NCBI GenBank assembly: GCA_964637705.1 | Contig: CAZWVM010000001.1 | Coordinates: 29,985 to 93,984 of the forward strand | Reading direction: 5' to 3' | DNA length: 64,000 nucleotides | Source: an uncultured bacterium | Lineage (GTDB): Bacteria > UBA8481 | In this document: positions 52,566-60,031 of the stretch, one piece after another | How the letters are laid out: each line of letters starts with the position of its first letter | How positions within the stretch are numbered: position 1 is the first letter of the stretch | The notes under the pieces: generated by a model | What the model was told of the DNA's origin: nothing | Databases searched by the model: none | Seen by the model: the letters and a program-made list of their open reading frames with translations, nothing else | Program-made: the position numbers and the translations under genes

Positions 52566-53316
52566 CTCCCATCGCGGCCCGGGAACAGGTTGCGGCCGGG
52601 CGGGCGGGATCGCACCCCAAGGCCGCGTTCACGAGTCCGGCGAGTTCCTGGACATGATCATTGATGAAGAAATGCCCGCCGTCAAACTCCTTGATCGTCA
52701 CCGGCTCCGTGCTCGCCTCCTGCCACCGCCGGGCCTCCTCGCGGGTCACGTCGTCTCGCCGCCCGATCCAGGCCGAGAGGGGCACGGGCAGGGCCGCGAT
52801 GACCGGCGCCGGTTCGTAGGTGTCGGCCGCCTCGAAATCCGCGCGCAGGATGGGCAGGAAGAGTTCCATCAGTTCCTCGTTCCCGAGGATCTCCTCCGCG
52901 CTGCCGCCCATCGCGCGCAACTCGGCGATCAGGCGGTCCTGCGACATGAGGTGGCGGGGTTCCCCGGTGCGCTTCACGCCCGGGCCGCCGCGGCCCGAGA
53001 CGAACAGGTGCTGCGGGCGCGGTGCGCCGGCCTCGACGGCGCGTAGCGCCAGGAGGTAGGCCAGCAGCGCTCCGAGGCTGTGGCCGAAGACGGCCCAGCG
53101 TTCCGGCCAGCGCCCTTCCATCTGGGCGGCCAGGTCGCATGTCATCGCGTGGACATCGTCGAGAAGCGGCTCGGCCATGCGCCGACCGTGGCCCGGCAGT
53201 TCCAGGGCGATCGGTTCGACGAACGGCGCGAGGTGCGAACAGAGCGCGCGGTAGCCGTAGGCGTTTCCGCCGGAATACGGAAGGCAGACGAGCGCCACCC
53301 GATCCCCGGAGGTCAC
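52540..53316 (-). CDS. Type II thioesterase (alpha/beta hydrolase, GHSLG), ~258 aa
   Basis: C-terminal part of ORF 52540..53790: ALVCLPYSGGNAYGYRAL...WAVFGHSLGALLAYLLA...EFDGGHFF. The first 156 codons of the track ORF overlap the DUF697 gene and are junk. Proposed GTG start is 2 nt after the DUF697 TGA. Confidence 0.8.
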   Translation of the reverse strand: MTSGDRVALVCLPYSGGNAYGYRALCSHLAPFVEPIALELPGHGRRMAEPLLDDVHAMTCDLAAQMEGRWPERWAVFGHSLGALLAYLLALRAVEAGAPRPQHLFVSGRGGPGVKRTGEPRHLMSQDRLIAELRAMGGSAEEILGNEELMELFLPILRADFEAADTYEPAPVIAALPVPLSAWIGRRDDVTREEARRWQEASTEPVTIKEFDGGHFFINDHVQELAGLVNAALGCDPARPAATCSRAAMGGVVQHGTC

Positions 53317-53318
53317 GA

Positions 53319-54005
53319 TCAGGCCCTGCCCGGGGCCTCGGCGCGCGCACCGCGCGCGGGAGAAACCCGGCCGCCCACGCGGAACTCCGCCTCGTAATGC
53401 TCCTTCATCTTCTCGGGGCGGAACGTCAGGAGCGTGCCTCCCGACTCGAAATGCTGGATGAAGACGCGACCGACGGCGTAGGTCGAGGCGGCCGCGACGC
53501 CGGACACGGCGGCCGCACCCGTCAGGTAACCGAGGATCGGGATGGCCTTGAGAATCGAGGCCTTGGCGACGGGCATCCCTCCCACGACGCTCGCGATCAG
53601 GGACTTGCCCAGGTCCCGGCTGAACGGGACACCGTAGAGGAAGGTGAGGCGGCGGAGCATGAGCAGTTGAAGGGCGGAGACCGCGACGAAATCGAGCGCG
53701 ACGGCCGGTATGAGCGCCCCGGCGCCCGCCGACCAGCACATGTACCGCTTGACGATGTCCTCGGCGCGACGCACCCGCTCCGCCTCCCACGCGCGACCCG
53801 CCGTCACCTCGCTCGTCGCGGAGGGAACCGGCAGCCTTCGCTCCGACCGTTCGACGGGCGCCGCGACGGATCGCGCCTTCCGCGCGGGCCGCACGATCTC
53901 GGGCTCGAGCGGAATCGGCGATTCATCGCTCCCGGGGAGCTGGTAGAGGCGTGTCCGTTCCCGCTTCACCTTGCGGCGCGCGGACGGGACACCGGTCTCA
54001 GTCAT
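53319..54005 (-). CDS. DUF697/YcjF-like small protein, paralogue 3 (228 aa, N-terminally extended)
   Basis: ORF track. Core RYMCWSAGAGALIPAVALDFVAV...TYAVGRVFIQHFESGGTLLTF. The start overlaps the ParA-like stop by 8 nt (ATGACTGA). Confidence 0.7.
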   Translation of the reverse strand: MTETGVPSARRKVKRERTRLYQLPGSDESPIPLEPEIVRPARKARSVAAPVERSERRLPVPSATSEVTAGRAWEAERVRRAEDIVKRYMCWSAGAGALIPAVALDFVAVSALQLLMLRRLTFLYGVPFSRDLGKSLIASVVGGMPVAKASILKAIPILGYLTGAAAVSGVAAASTYAVGRVFIQHFESGGTLLTFRPEKMKEHYEAEFRVGGRVSPARGARAEAPGRA

Positions 54006-55149
54006 AGCTCATCTCCTCGTCCGATCTCCTCCGCGGCTTCACGCGGGGCTCCGCCTCCTCGTCGCCGGCGGGCGAAGCCGCCTCGAAGGAGGAAAGCCCG
54101 GTCGCGATGTCGCGTGCCGGTTCGGGCGGCTTCTCCCGGACCCGGGCCGGCTCCGGGGCGCGCACCGGAACCTCCTTGACGAGTTCCGGCGCCGCCTCGA
54201 GGAGAGGATCAAGCCCCAGCGCCAGGCGGACGTAACCGTCGTAATCCTCCTTGGCGCGGCTGCGGCCGGGCGCGGAGAAGATGGTGCGCCCTCCGTCCAG
54301 CGCCCTCACGTATTCCGCGCTCGTGCGGATCACCTCGGGCAGGAGCTGCCCGGGATAATCCCGCTTCAGGCGCTCGAGGGCCTCGATCGAGGTCTTCTCG
54401 CGGCGGTCATAGCGCGAGTAGAGGATCTTCACGGCCGGCGGATCCACGTGGAAGGTGTCGCAGATCGACGCGATCTCGCGCATCGTCAGCTCGATGCCCT
54501 TGAATGAGAAGGCGTCGGCGCCCGTGGGGATCGTCACCGCGTCGGCGGCGCAGATGGTGGAGATGACGGCCGCGCCGAGCGACGGCGGGCAGTCGATGAC
54601 GACGAGGTCGAAGCCGAGGGCGCGGAGCGCCTCGCAGACGCCCTTCACGGCGTTCTTTTGCGAAACGGGGCTGGCGAGCGCGGAATCGAGGAGCCCGTTC
54701 TGGAGCGAGGACGGGAGGAGCGAGAGGCCGGGAGCGATCTCGCGCAGCGCCGCCGCCGTGTCCGCCTCCGGGTCCTGCCACGTGTCGTAGAAGACCGGGT
54801 CGTCCTCCTCCGCCGTCACGCCCAGGGCGAGGGAGGCCGAGGCCTGGGAATCGAGGTCGAGGAGGCAGGTGCGAAACCCGGCCTGGGCGGCGCGCACGGC
54901 GAGAGCGACCGAGGCCGTGGTCTTGCCGATCCCGCCCCTCATATTCACGTGGGCGATGACGCGGAAGGAGAAATCCGCGCCGCGTTCCTCCAAGAACCCG
55001 CGGACGCGCGCCGAGGATATCGCGCGGGCCTCGGCCGCGCCGGCGCCGAGCGCCCGTGCGGCCAGCGGGGCGGGCATCCTCAGGAATCCGGCCAAGTCAT
55101 GGAGCGTCGGTCCGGACGTCTCCCCTGCCGTGTGCTCGACTTCGTTCAT
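53998..55149 (-). CDS. ParA/MinD-family deviant Walker-A ATPase, ~383 aa
   Basis: ORF track frame 53998..55326. Start trimmed to M60 (MNEVEHT; ATGA overlap with the ABC exporter stop). Motifs NMRGGIGKTTASVALA and VVIDCPPSLG; Pro/Glu-rich C-terminal tail. Confidence 0.8.
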   Translation of the reverse strand: MNEVEHTAGETSGPTLHDLAGFLRMPAPLAARALGAGAAEARAISSARVRGFLEERGADFSFRVIAHVNMRGGIGKTTASVALAVRAAQAGFRTCLLDLDSQASASLALGVTAEEDDPVFYDTWQDPEADTAAALREIAPGLSLLPSSLQNGLLDSALASPVSQKNAVKGVCEALRALGFDLVVIDCPPSLGAAVISTICAADAVTIPTGADAFSFKGIELTMREIASICDTFHVDPPAVKILYSRYDRREKTSIEALERLKRDYPGQLLPEVIRTSAEYVRALDGGRTIFSAPGRSRAKEDYDGYVRLALGLDPLLEAAPELVKEVPVRAPEPARVREKPPEPARDIATGLSSFEAASPAGDEEAEPRVKPRRRSDEEMSYD

Positions 55150-56804
55150 GACGGGCCTCCGTTCGCCGCGATCCGGCCGTAATCCATCTTGATGACCCGG
55201 TCCGCGACCGGGAAATACCTGTCGTCGTGAGTCGCCGCGATCACCGTCTTGCCGCGGCGCTTGAAGTCCGCGAGGATCTCCTCGTAGAAGAACCGCCGGA
55301 ACGCCGGGTCCTGGTCGGCCGCCCACTCGTCGAAGACATACACCGGCTTGTCGTCGAGCATGGCGACGAGAAGCGCGAGGCGCTTCTTCTGCCCGCTCGA
55401 GAGATCCTGGTGGGTGAACCTCCCGTCACGGAAGGACGTCTTCCGGTCCAGCTCCAGCATCTTCAGGAGCTCGTTCACGCGCGCTTCGTCGATCCCGTTT
55501 CCGCCGTAGATGCGATCAAAGAGGTGGTAGTCCGAGAAGATGGCCGCGTAGAGCTCCCGGTACTCGCCGATGTTCTGCGGCGAAAGCACCCAGCCGTCCC
55601 AGCGGATGATGCCGCCCTCGGCGGCGTAGAGTCCCGTCAAGAGCTTCAGGAAGGTCGACTTGCCGCTGCCGTTTCCGCCGACGAGGAAGACCGTCTCGCC
55701 GCCGCGAATCGTGAGATCGATCGGGCCGACGTTAAAAAGCGCCCTTCCCTCCTCGTCACGATACGCGAAAACCACGTCCTCGAAGTGGATCTCCCGCGGC
55801 GCCGCGCACTTGCCTCTCACGGGCACCGGTTCGGCCGGTTCGCCCAGCGCCTCCTCGAGCCGGTAAAGGTTGGAGATCGACACGTTGGCCATGGCGAAGA
55901 CCTGGATCGACGAGACGACGGCGGTGAGCGGCCCGACGATGAAGAGGATGGCGGCCGTGATCCTCACCATCTGGTCCGTGTAGGTGGCGCTGAAGCGGGG
56001 CAGGATGAAGACCAGGATCCCGATCAGGACGTAGAAGAAGGATTGCGAAAACGTGGCCATCCCGGCGAACTGCGTGCCCGTGCGGATCTTCAGGTCACGC
56101 GTGCTGTTCGAGATCCCGCTCAGGACGTCGAAGACGTCGTCGCTCTTGCGGCGGTTCAGCCGGATCTCCTTGAATCCGTTCAGGACGTTGGTGAGCGAGC
56201 CGAAGAACTCGATCTCCCTCTGCGTCGAAAGCTGGAGCGCGGACCGGATCGTCTTCTTCTCCTTGAAATAGTGCGCGATCCCGGCGGCGACGATCGCGGC
56301 AGCCAGGAGGAAGGCCGACGGCGAAAGCCAGGCGATGTAGAGGCTGCAGAAGAGAACCATCACGCCGTTCTGGAAGGTCTGGATGATGAAGGGAGCCGCC
56401 TGCGATATCGTCTGCGTCTCCGTCGTGATGCGCGTGTAGATCTGCGCCTGCCCCAGGCGTTCGAGGAGGAGGAGCTCCGAGTTCCGGACCTTGTTCGAGA
56501 GACGTACGCGCATCTTGTTGATCATCGTCTCCGCCAGGACGATGGACCGCACGAGGATGACACGGTTCGTGAGGATGTAGAGCGCCATCGCGACGAGGAA
56601 GATGAGGAAGAGGCGGGGGCTGGGATGGCTCGGATCCGCGGCCGTCGAGCCGGCGTTGATCAGGCCGAGAAGCAGCGCGTTGGCGATTCCGGAGATCACG
56701 GAAATCGTCACGAGCTGCGCGACCGAATCCTCGGATTCGCGTCTCACCAGGTCCAGGATCTGGGTGTATTGCTTCGGCTTCACGCCCTCACCGTCGTCGT
56801 TCAC
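55146..56804 (-). CDS. ABC exporter, fused TMD-NBD, SyrD/PvdE-type 'cyclic peptide transporter' family, 552 aa
   Basis: ORF track. Six N-terminal TM helices. NBD motifs: GGNGSGKST (Walker A), LSSGQKKRLALL (signature), VYVFDEWAADQD (Walker B). Confidence 0.85.
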   Translation of the reverse strand: MNDDGEGVKPKQYTQILDLVRRESEDSVAQLVTISVISGIANALLLGLINAGSTAADPSHPSPRLFLIFLVAMALYILTNRVILVRSIVLAETMINKMRVRLSNKVRNSELLLLERLGQAQIYTRITTETQTISQAAPFIIQTFQNGVMVLFCSLYIAWLSPSAFLLAAAIVAAGIAHYFKEKKTIRSALQLSTQREIEFFGSLTNVLNGFKEIRLNRRKSDDVFDVLSGISNSTRDLKIRTGTQFAGMATFSQSFFYVLIGILVFILPRFSATYTDQMVRITAAILFIVGPLTAVVSSIQVFAMANVSISNLYRLEEALGEPAEPVPVRGKCAAPREIHFEDVVFAYRDEEGRALFNVGPIDLTIRGGETVFLVGGNGSGKSTFLKLLTGLYAAEGGIIRWDGWVLSPQNIGEYRELYAAIFSDYHLFDRIYGGNGIDEARVNELLKMLELDRKTSFRDGRFTHQDLSSGQKKRLALLVAMLDDKPVYVFDEWAADQDPAFRRFFYEEILADFKRRGKTVIAATHDDRYFPVADRVIKMDYGRIAANGGPS

Positions 56805-56987
56805 GTTGCCGCCCCGCCGCGTTCCCGGGGCGCGGCAGGCCGGGAACCTCGGGTTCCGGGACCGCCGTCCCTATCAAACAGCAGCTTCCCCCGGACGGCA
56901 AGCGGTTTCAACGAACAGGGCACGTTCGACAACGCTTACGACCCGTGATGAATGCGGCGGAGCGGTTTTCGAGGCGCGACCGTCTCG

Positions 56988-59114
56988 TCAATAGAAGTGG
57001 AAGGCCGTGACCAGGAGGATCGAGAAGCAGAGCAGGGGCCAGAAGACGACCTTCGGCAGGAAATTGTCCCGGTACTGGACCAGCTTCAGCGGGGTCTTCG
57101 CTCCCACCAGAGCCACGTCCACCACCACGCCCAGGGCCGCCATGTACATGAGGAAGTAGAAATACTCGAGGTAGATCAGCTGGTTCAGCCCGCCCATGTC
57201 GTTCCGCAGGCGGATGTGAGCGAGGAGCACGGCGAAGAAGAGGGCCGCGCTCGTGCCGGTCACGCGTCCTCCGCGGGCGTCGAAGGCCGTGATCCGCTCC
57301 GGCTGGCCCGAGATCATGAAGAGGAGGGCGAAGATGATGCCGCCGATCAAAAAGAGCGGAAGGATGTTCGAGATGAAAGGGGCCAGGAAGGAACGGCGGA
57401 GAATGACATTGTAGGAGAGCACCGGGTAGTCGGTCTGCCCCACGAAATGGTCGATCCCGAAATTCGTGTTCAACCTTTCGTTCATGAAATCGAAGAAGCA
57501 CTTCTCGGCGCGCCAGCCCGCCGTCAGGAAGTTCGGGGAGAGGCCGGGAAGGGTCTGGGGAATGAGGGAGTCATAGGCATCGATGTCGGGCACAAGGATG
57601 ACGTTGCTGGAAAAATCACGGCGCGAAACGTAGAGCCAGACGTTCTGGGGATCGAGAGGATACTGCGAGAAATCGAAGTGCTGTCTCAGGGTCAGCCGGA
57701 AGTCCCACCCCACCGTCACGGTACTGCCGTCGGCGTGCCCGTGCTCGAAGGCCGGGTCGAGCCGCGTTTCGACCGCCTCCGGGAAGCTCACGCCGCGGAT
57801 CACGCCATCGTGCCATCCCTTCTCGAACTTCTGCCAGATCGTGCCGCAAACCACGACGTCCGTCGTGCTCTTGAATTCGATCGAGCGCAGGAAGACTCCC
57901 GTCGGCACGAATATCGGCTCCGGCTCGCCGCGCGCCGCCGCCCGATCGCTCCGCTCGGTCATGAAATCCTGCAGACCCGTGCGGTCATGGATCAAGCGTC
58001 TCTTGCAGGACTCGAAGAAGCGCTGGTCGAACGAAAGGCTCCAGATGTATGCCGTAGCAAGGGTCATGAAGAAGGCCGAGAGAATGGAACCCGCCATGAG
58101 GCGCGCCGTCGCCCCCTCTTCCGCGCGCAGGAGCAGGAGGCAGGAGGCGGAGAGGAAGAGGGCCAGGGCGATGGCGATCAGGATCTTGTCCTGCCTCGTC
58201 TCCGTCACCCCGCCGATCATCTCGTCCCTCATGAAGAGAAGCGACAGGCTCCAGTCCGTGCCGGGGATCTGGCGGTAGTAGGTCCAGGCCATTTCCCCGG
58301 TCAGGTACGCCTTCCGCTCCATCATGCCCGGAATGCCGCTCGCGACACGCTCCGCGAGCTGCGCGAGATCCGGATCGGCATTCTCCTCCCCGAGGCTTCT
58401 CAGCGACTTCCTGTCCAGGACGTAATCCTCGTTGGGATGGTAGATGAAGCACCCGTCGCCCGAGGTGATGAACCCGTAGCCCTCCTCGCCGAGCGCGATC
58501 CGGGAGAGGATCTGGCGCAGGCCGCGGATCGCGTAGTTGACGCGGACCACGCCGATCGGCGCCGCCCCGGGCGCGTCGCCGGGACGCCGGACGGGGACGA
58601 GACAGCCCACCGTCCACTGCTTCGTGGCCTGGCCGAAGCTCGGCTCGCTCCATGTCACGCCGGAGTCCAGGGCGCTGCGATACCAGGAGGACTTCGTGTA
58701 GTCGTAGAACTGCTCGACCCGGAAGGCCTGTCGCCTCCCCTCGCGCATCCCGTAGTGAGGAGCGAAGAGCCGGTGGCCGGCGGCGGCGGAACCGGGCTCG
58801 AAGGCGACACCCGCCTCCAGGATCAGCGAATCCGATTCCACCGCGGCGCGGAAGAGCTCGGTCAGGGCTTCCTCGTCCAGGGTTTCCCGGCCCAGGGTGT
58901 CGGCCAGGGCATGCGCCAGCACCCCGATCCGGGAGATCTCGAGCGAGAGGTCCTGGGCCGCGTTCTGTGTCAGGAGATCGAGCCGTGCCTGGACGGAACG
59001 CGCGCGATGCTCACGGTGGACGATGTAGTAGGCGAGCGTGGCGGCGAAGAAGATGAAGGAACCGAGCGCGAGAAACCTGACCGCCCTGCGGACCGAATCC
59101 GACCGTTCCGTCAT
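56988..59114 (-). CDS. Membrane protein with periplasmic Cache-like sensor domain and large C-terminal multi-TM region; no recognisable output domain (~708 aa)
   Basis: ORF track frame 56988..59828. Real start ATG at ~59114 (MTERSDSVRRAVRFLALGSFIFFAATLAYY). The 238 upstream codons are Arg/Gly/Pro junk. Confidence 0.65.
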   Translation of the reverse strand: MTERSDSVRRAVRFLALGSFIFFAATLAYYIVHREHRARSVQARLDLLTQNAAQDLSLEISRIGVLAHALADTLGRETLDEEALTELFRAAVESDSLILEAGVAFEPGSAAAGHRLFAPHYGMREGRRQAFRVEQFYDYTKSSWYRSALDSGVTWSEPSFGQATKQWTVGCLVPVRRPGDAPGAAPIGVVRVNYAIRGLRQILSRIALGEEGYGFITSGDGCFIYHPNEDYVLDRKSLRSLGEENADPDLAQLAERVASGIPGMMERKAYLTGEMAWTYYRQIPGTDWSLSLLFMRDEMIGGVTETRQDKILIAIALALFLSASCLLLLRAEEGATARLMAGSILSAFFMTLATAYIWSLSFDQRFFESCKRRLIHDRTGLQDFMTERSDRAAARGEPEPIFVPTGVFLRSIEFKSTTDVVVCGTIWQKFEKGWHDGVIRGVSFPEAVETRLDPAFEHGHADGSTVTVGWDFRLTLRQHFDFSQYPLDPQNVWLYVSRRDFSSNVILVPDIDAYDSLIPQTLPGLSPNFLTAGWRAEKCFFDFMNERLNTNFGIDHFVGQTDYPVLSYNVILRRSFLAPFISNILPLFLIGGIIFALLFMISGQPERITAFDARGGRVTGTSAALFFAVLLAHIRLRNDMGGLNQLIYLEYFYFLMYMAALGVVVDVALVGAKTPLKLVQYRDNFLPKVVFWPLLCFSILLVTAFHFY

Positions 59115-59167
59115 CACGCCCTTCGCGTCATCCTTTCTCGCTCCCGCCGCCCCGGTTCGCGGCGCCG

Positions 59168-59908
59168 CTAGGGTATATCCTCGAACGTCCGAATTGGCAA
59201 GGCGCCCCCCTCCAGGCAAAGAGCCGCCGCGTAGCCGGGGGCCACGTCGAGCCCGGTCAGGCTCCAGCGCGAGGCCTCGTTGGCGTCGCCCCCGATCGCC
59301 GTGAGCGCGGCCGGAACGCCCGGCCTCAACTCGACATCGAAGGAATCGAGCGGCATCGAGAGCCCCTCGCCCACGGCCTTGATGAACGCCTCCTTGCGCG
59401 TCCAGCAGAGGTAGAAGGCCTGCCGCCGGTCCTCCCCTTCGATCGTGTCCCAGGCCGCGCGCTCGCGCGCCGAGAAGTTCTGCCGGGCGATGTCGTCCAT
59501 CTCGTCGATCTCCCGGACGGCGTGCTCCACGTCCACGCCGATGCGGCGGTCGCGGACGGCGGCCAGGAGGACGTAATCGCCGGAGTGGGAAAGGTTGAAG
59601 CGCACCGGAGGCGAGGATATGGGTGCGGCGACCTCCGGCTTCCCGCGAGGGCCCGTCGAAAAACGAACCCGGCCGGGGTCCTCGCCCAGGTAGCGCGCCA
59701 GGATCGTCCTCTGGCGCGCCCGCGCGATCGTGAAGGCGCGGGCCAGGTGATCGAAGCGGAACCGCGCCGCGCGTTCCCGCTCGGCGGGATCGAGAAGCGA
59801 AGCCAGCTTCTCGGAGCAGAAATGCCACGTCCGGAGATCGATCCTCCAGGCATGAACCTCTCCCTCCGGAAGCCGGTCCTTCTCCTCCATGGGAATCCGC
59901 CAGGTCAT
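59168..59908 (-). CDS. Sfp-type 4'-phosphopantetheinyl transferase, 246 aa
   Basis: C-terminal 246 aa of track ORF 59168..62275. Motifs FNLSHSGDYVLLA, IGVDVEH, WTRKEAFIKAVG. The upstream part of the track ORF is antisense to the cyclase gene. Confidence 0.8.
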   Translation of the reverse strand: MTWRIPMEEKDRLPEGEVHAWRIDLRTWHFCSEKLASLLDPAERERAARFRFDHLARAFTIARARQRTILARYLGEDPGRVRFSTGPRGKPEVAAPISSPPVRFNLSHSGDYVLLAAVRDRRIGVDVEHAVREIDEMDDIARQNFSARERAAWDTIEGEDRRQAFYLCWTRKEAFIKAVGEGLSMPLDSFDVELRPGVPAALTAIGGDANEASRWSLTGLDVAPGYAAALCLEGGALPIRTFEDIP

Positions 59909-60031
59909 CGGCTGACAGGATAATCCCGCAAGCCGCTCCGGGAAAGCCCGGGCGGCCGGGAACTCGACCTCGGGGCGTGGGGCGAGATCCCTTGGCGGGA
60001 CGGCGGGATCTGATATTCTGGCCTCGATGTC

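Noticed and set aside
53317-53790. N-terminal 157 codons of track ORF 52540..53790, and junk N-terminal extensions of ORFs 53998..55326 and 56988..59828
   Set aside because: They overlap the preceding genes in other frames and are Arg/Gly/Pro low-complexity. Real starts are placed at internal start codons that give coupled or near-coupled junctions.
56838-56865. Inverted repeat GGGAACC-TCG-GGTTCC upstream of the ABC exporter
   Set aside because: Short and imperfect, with no supporting promoter elements. Noted only as a possible operator; not called.
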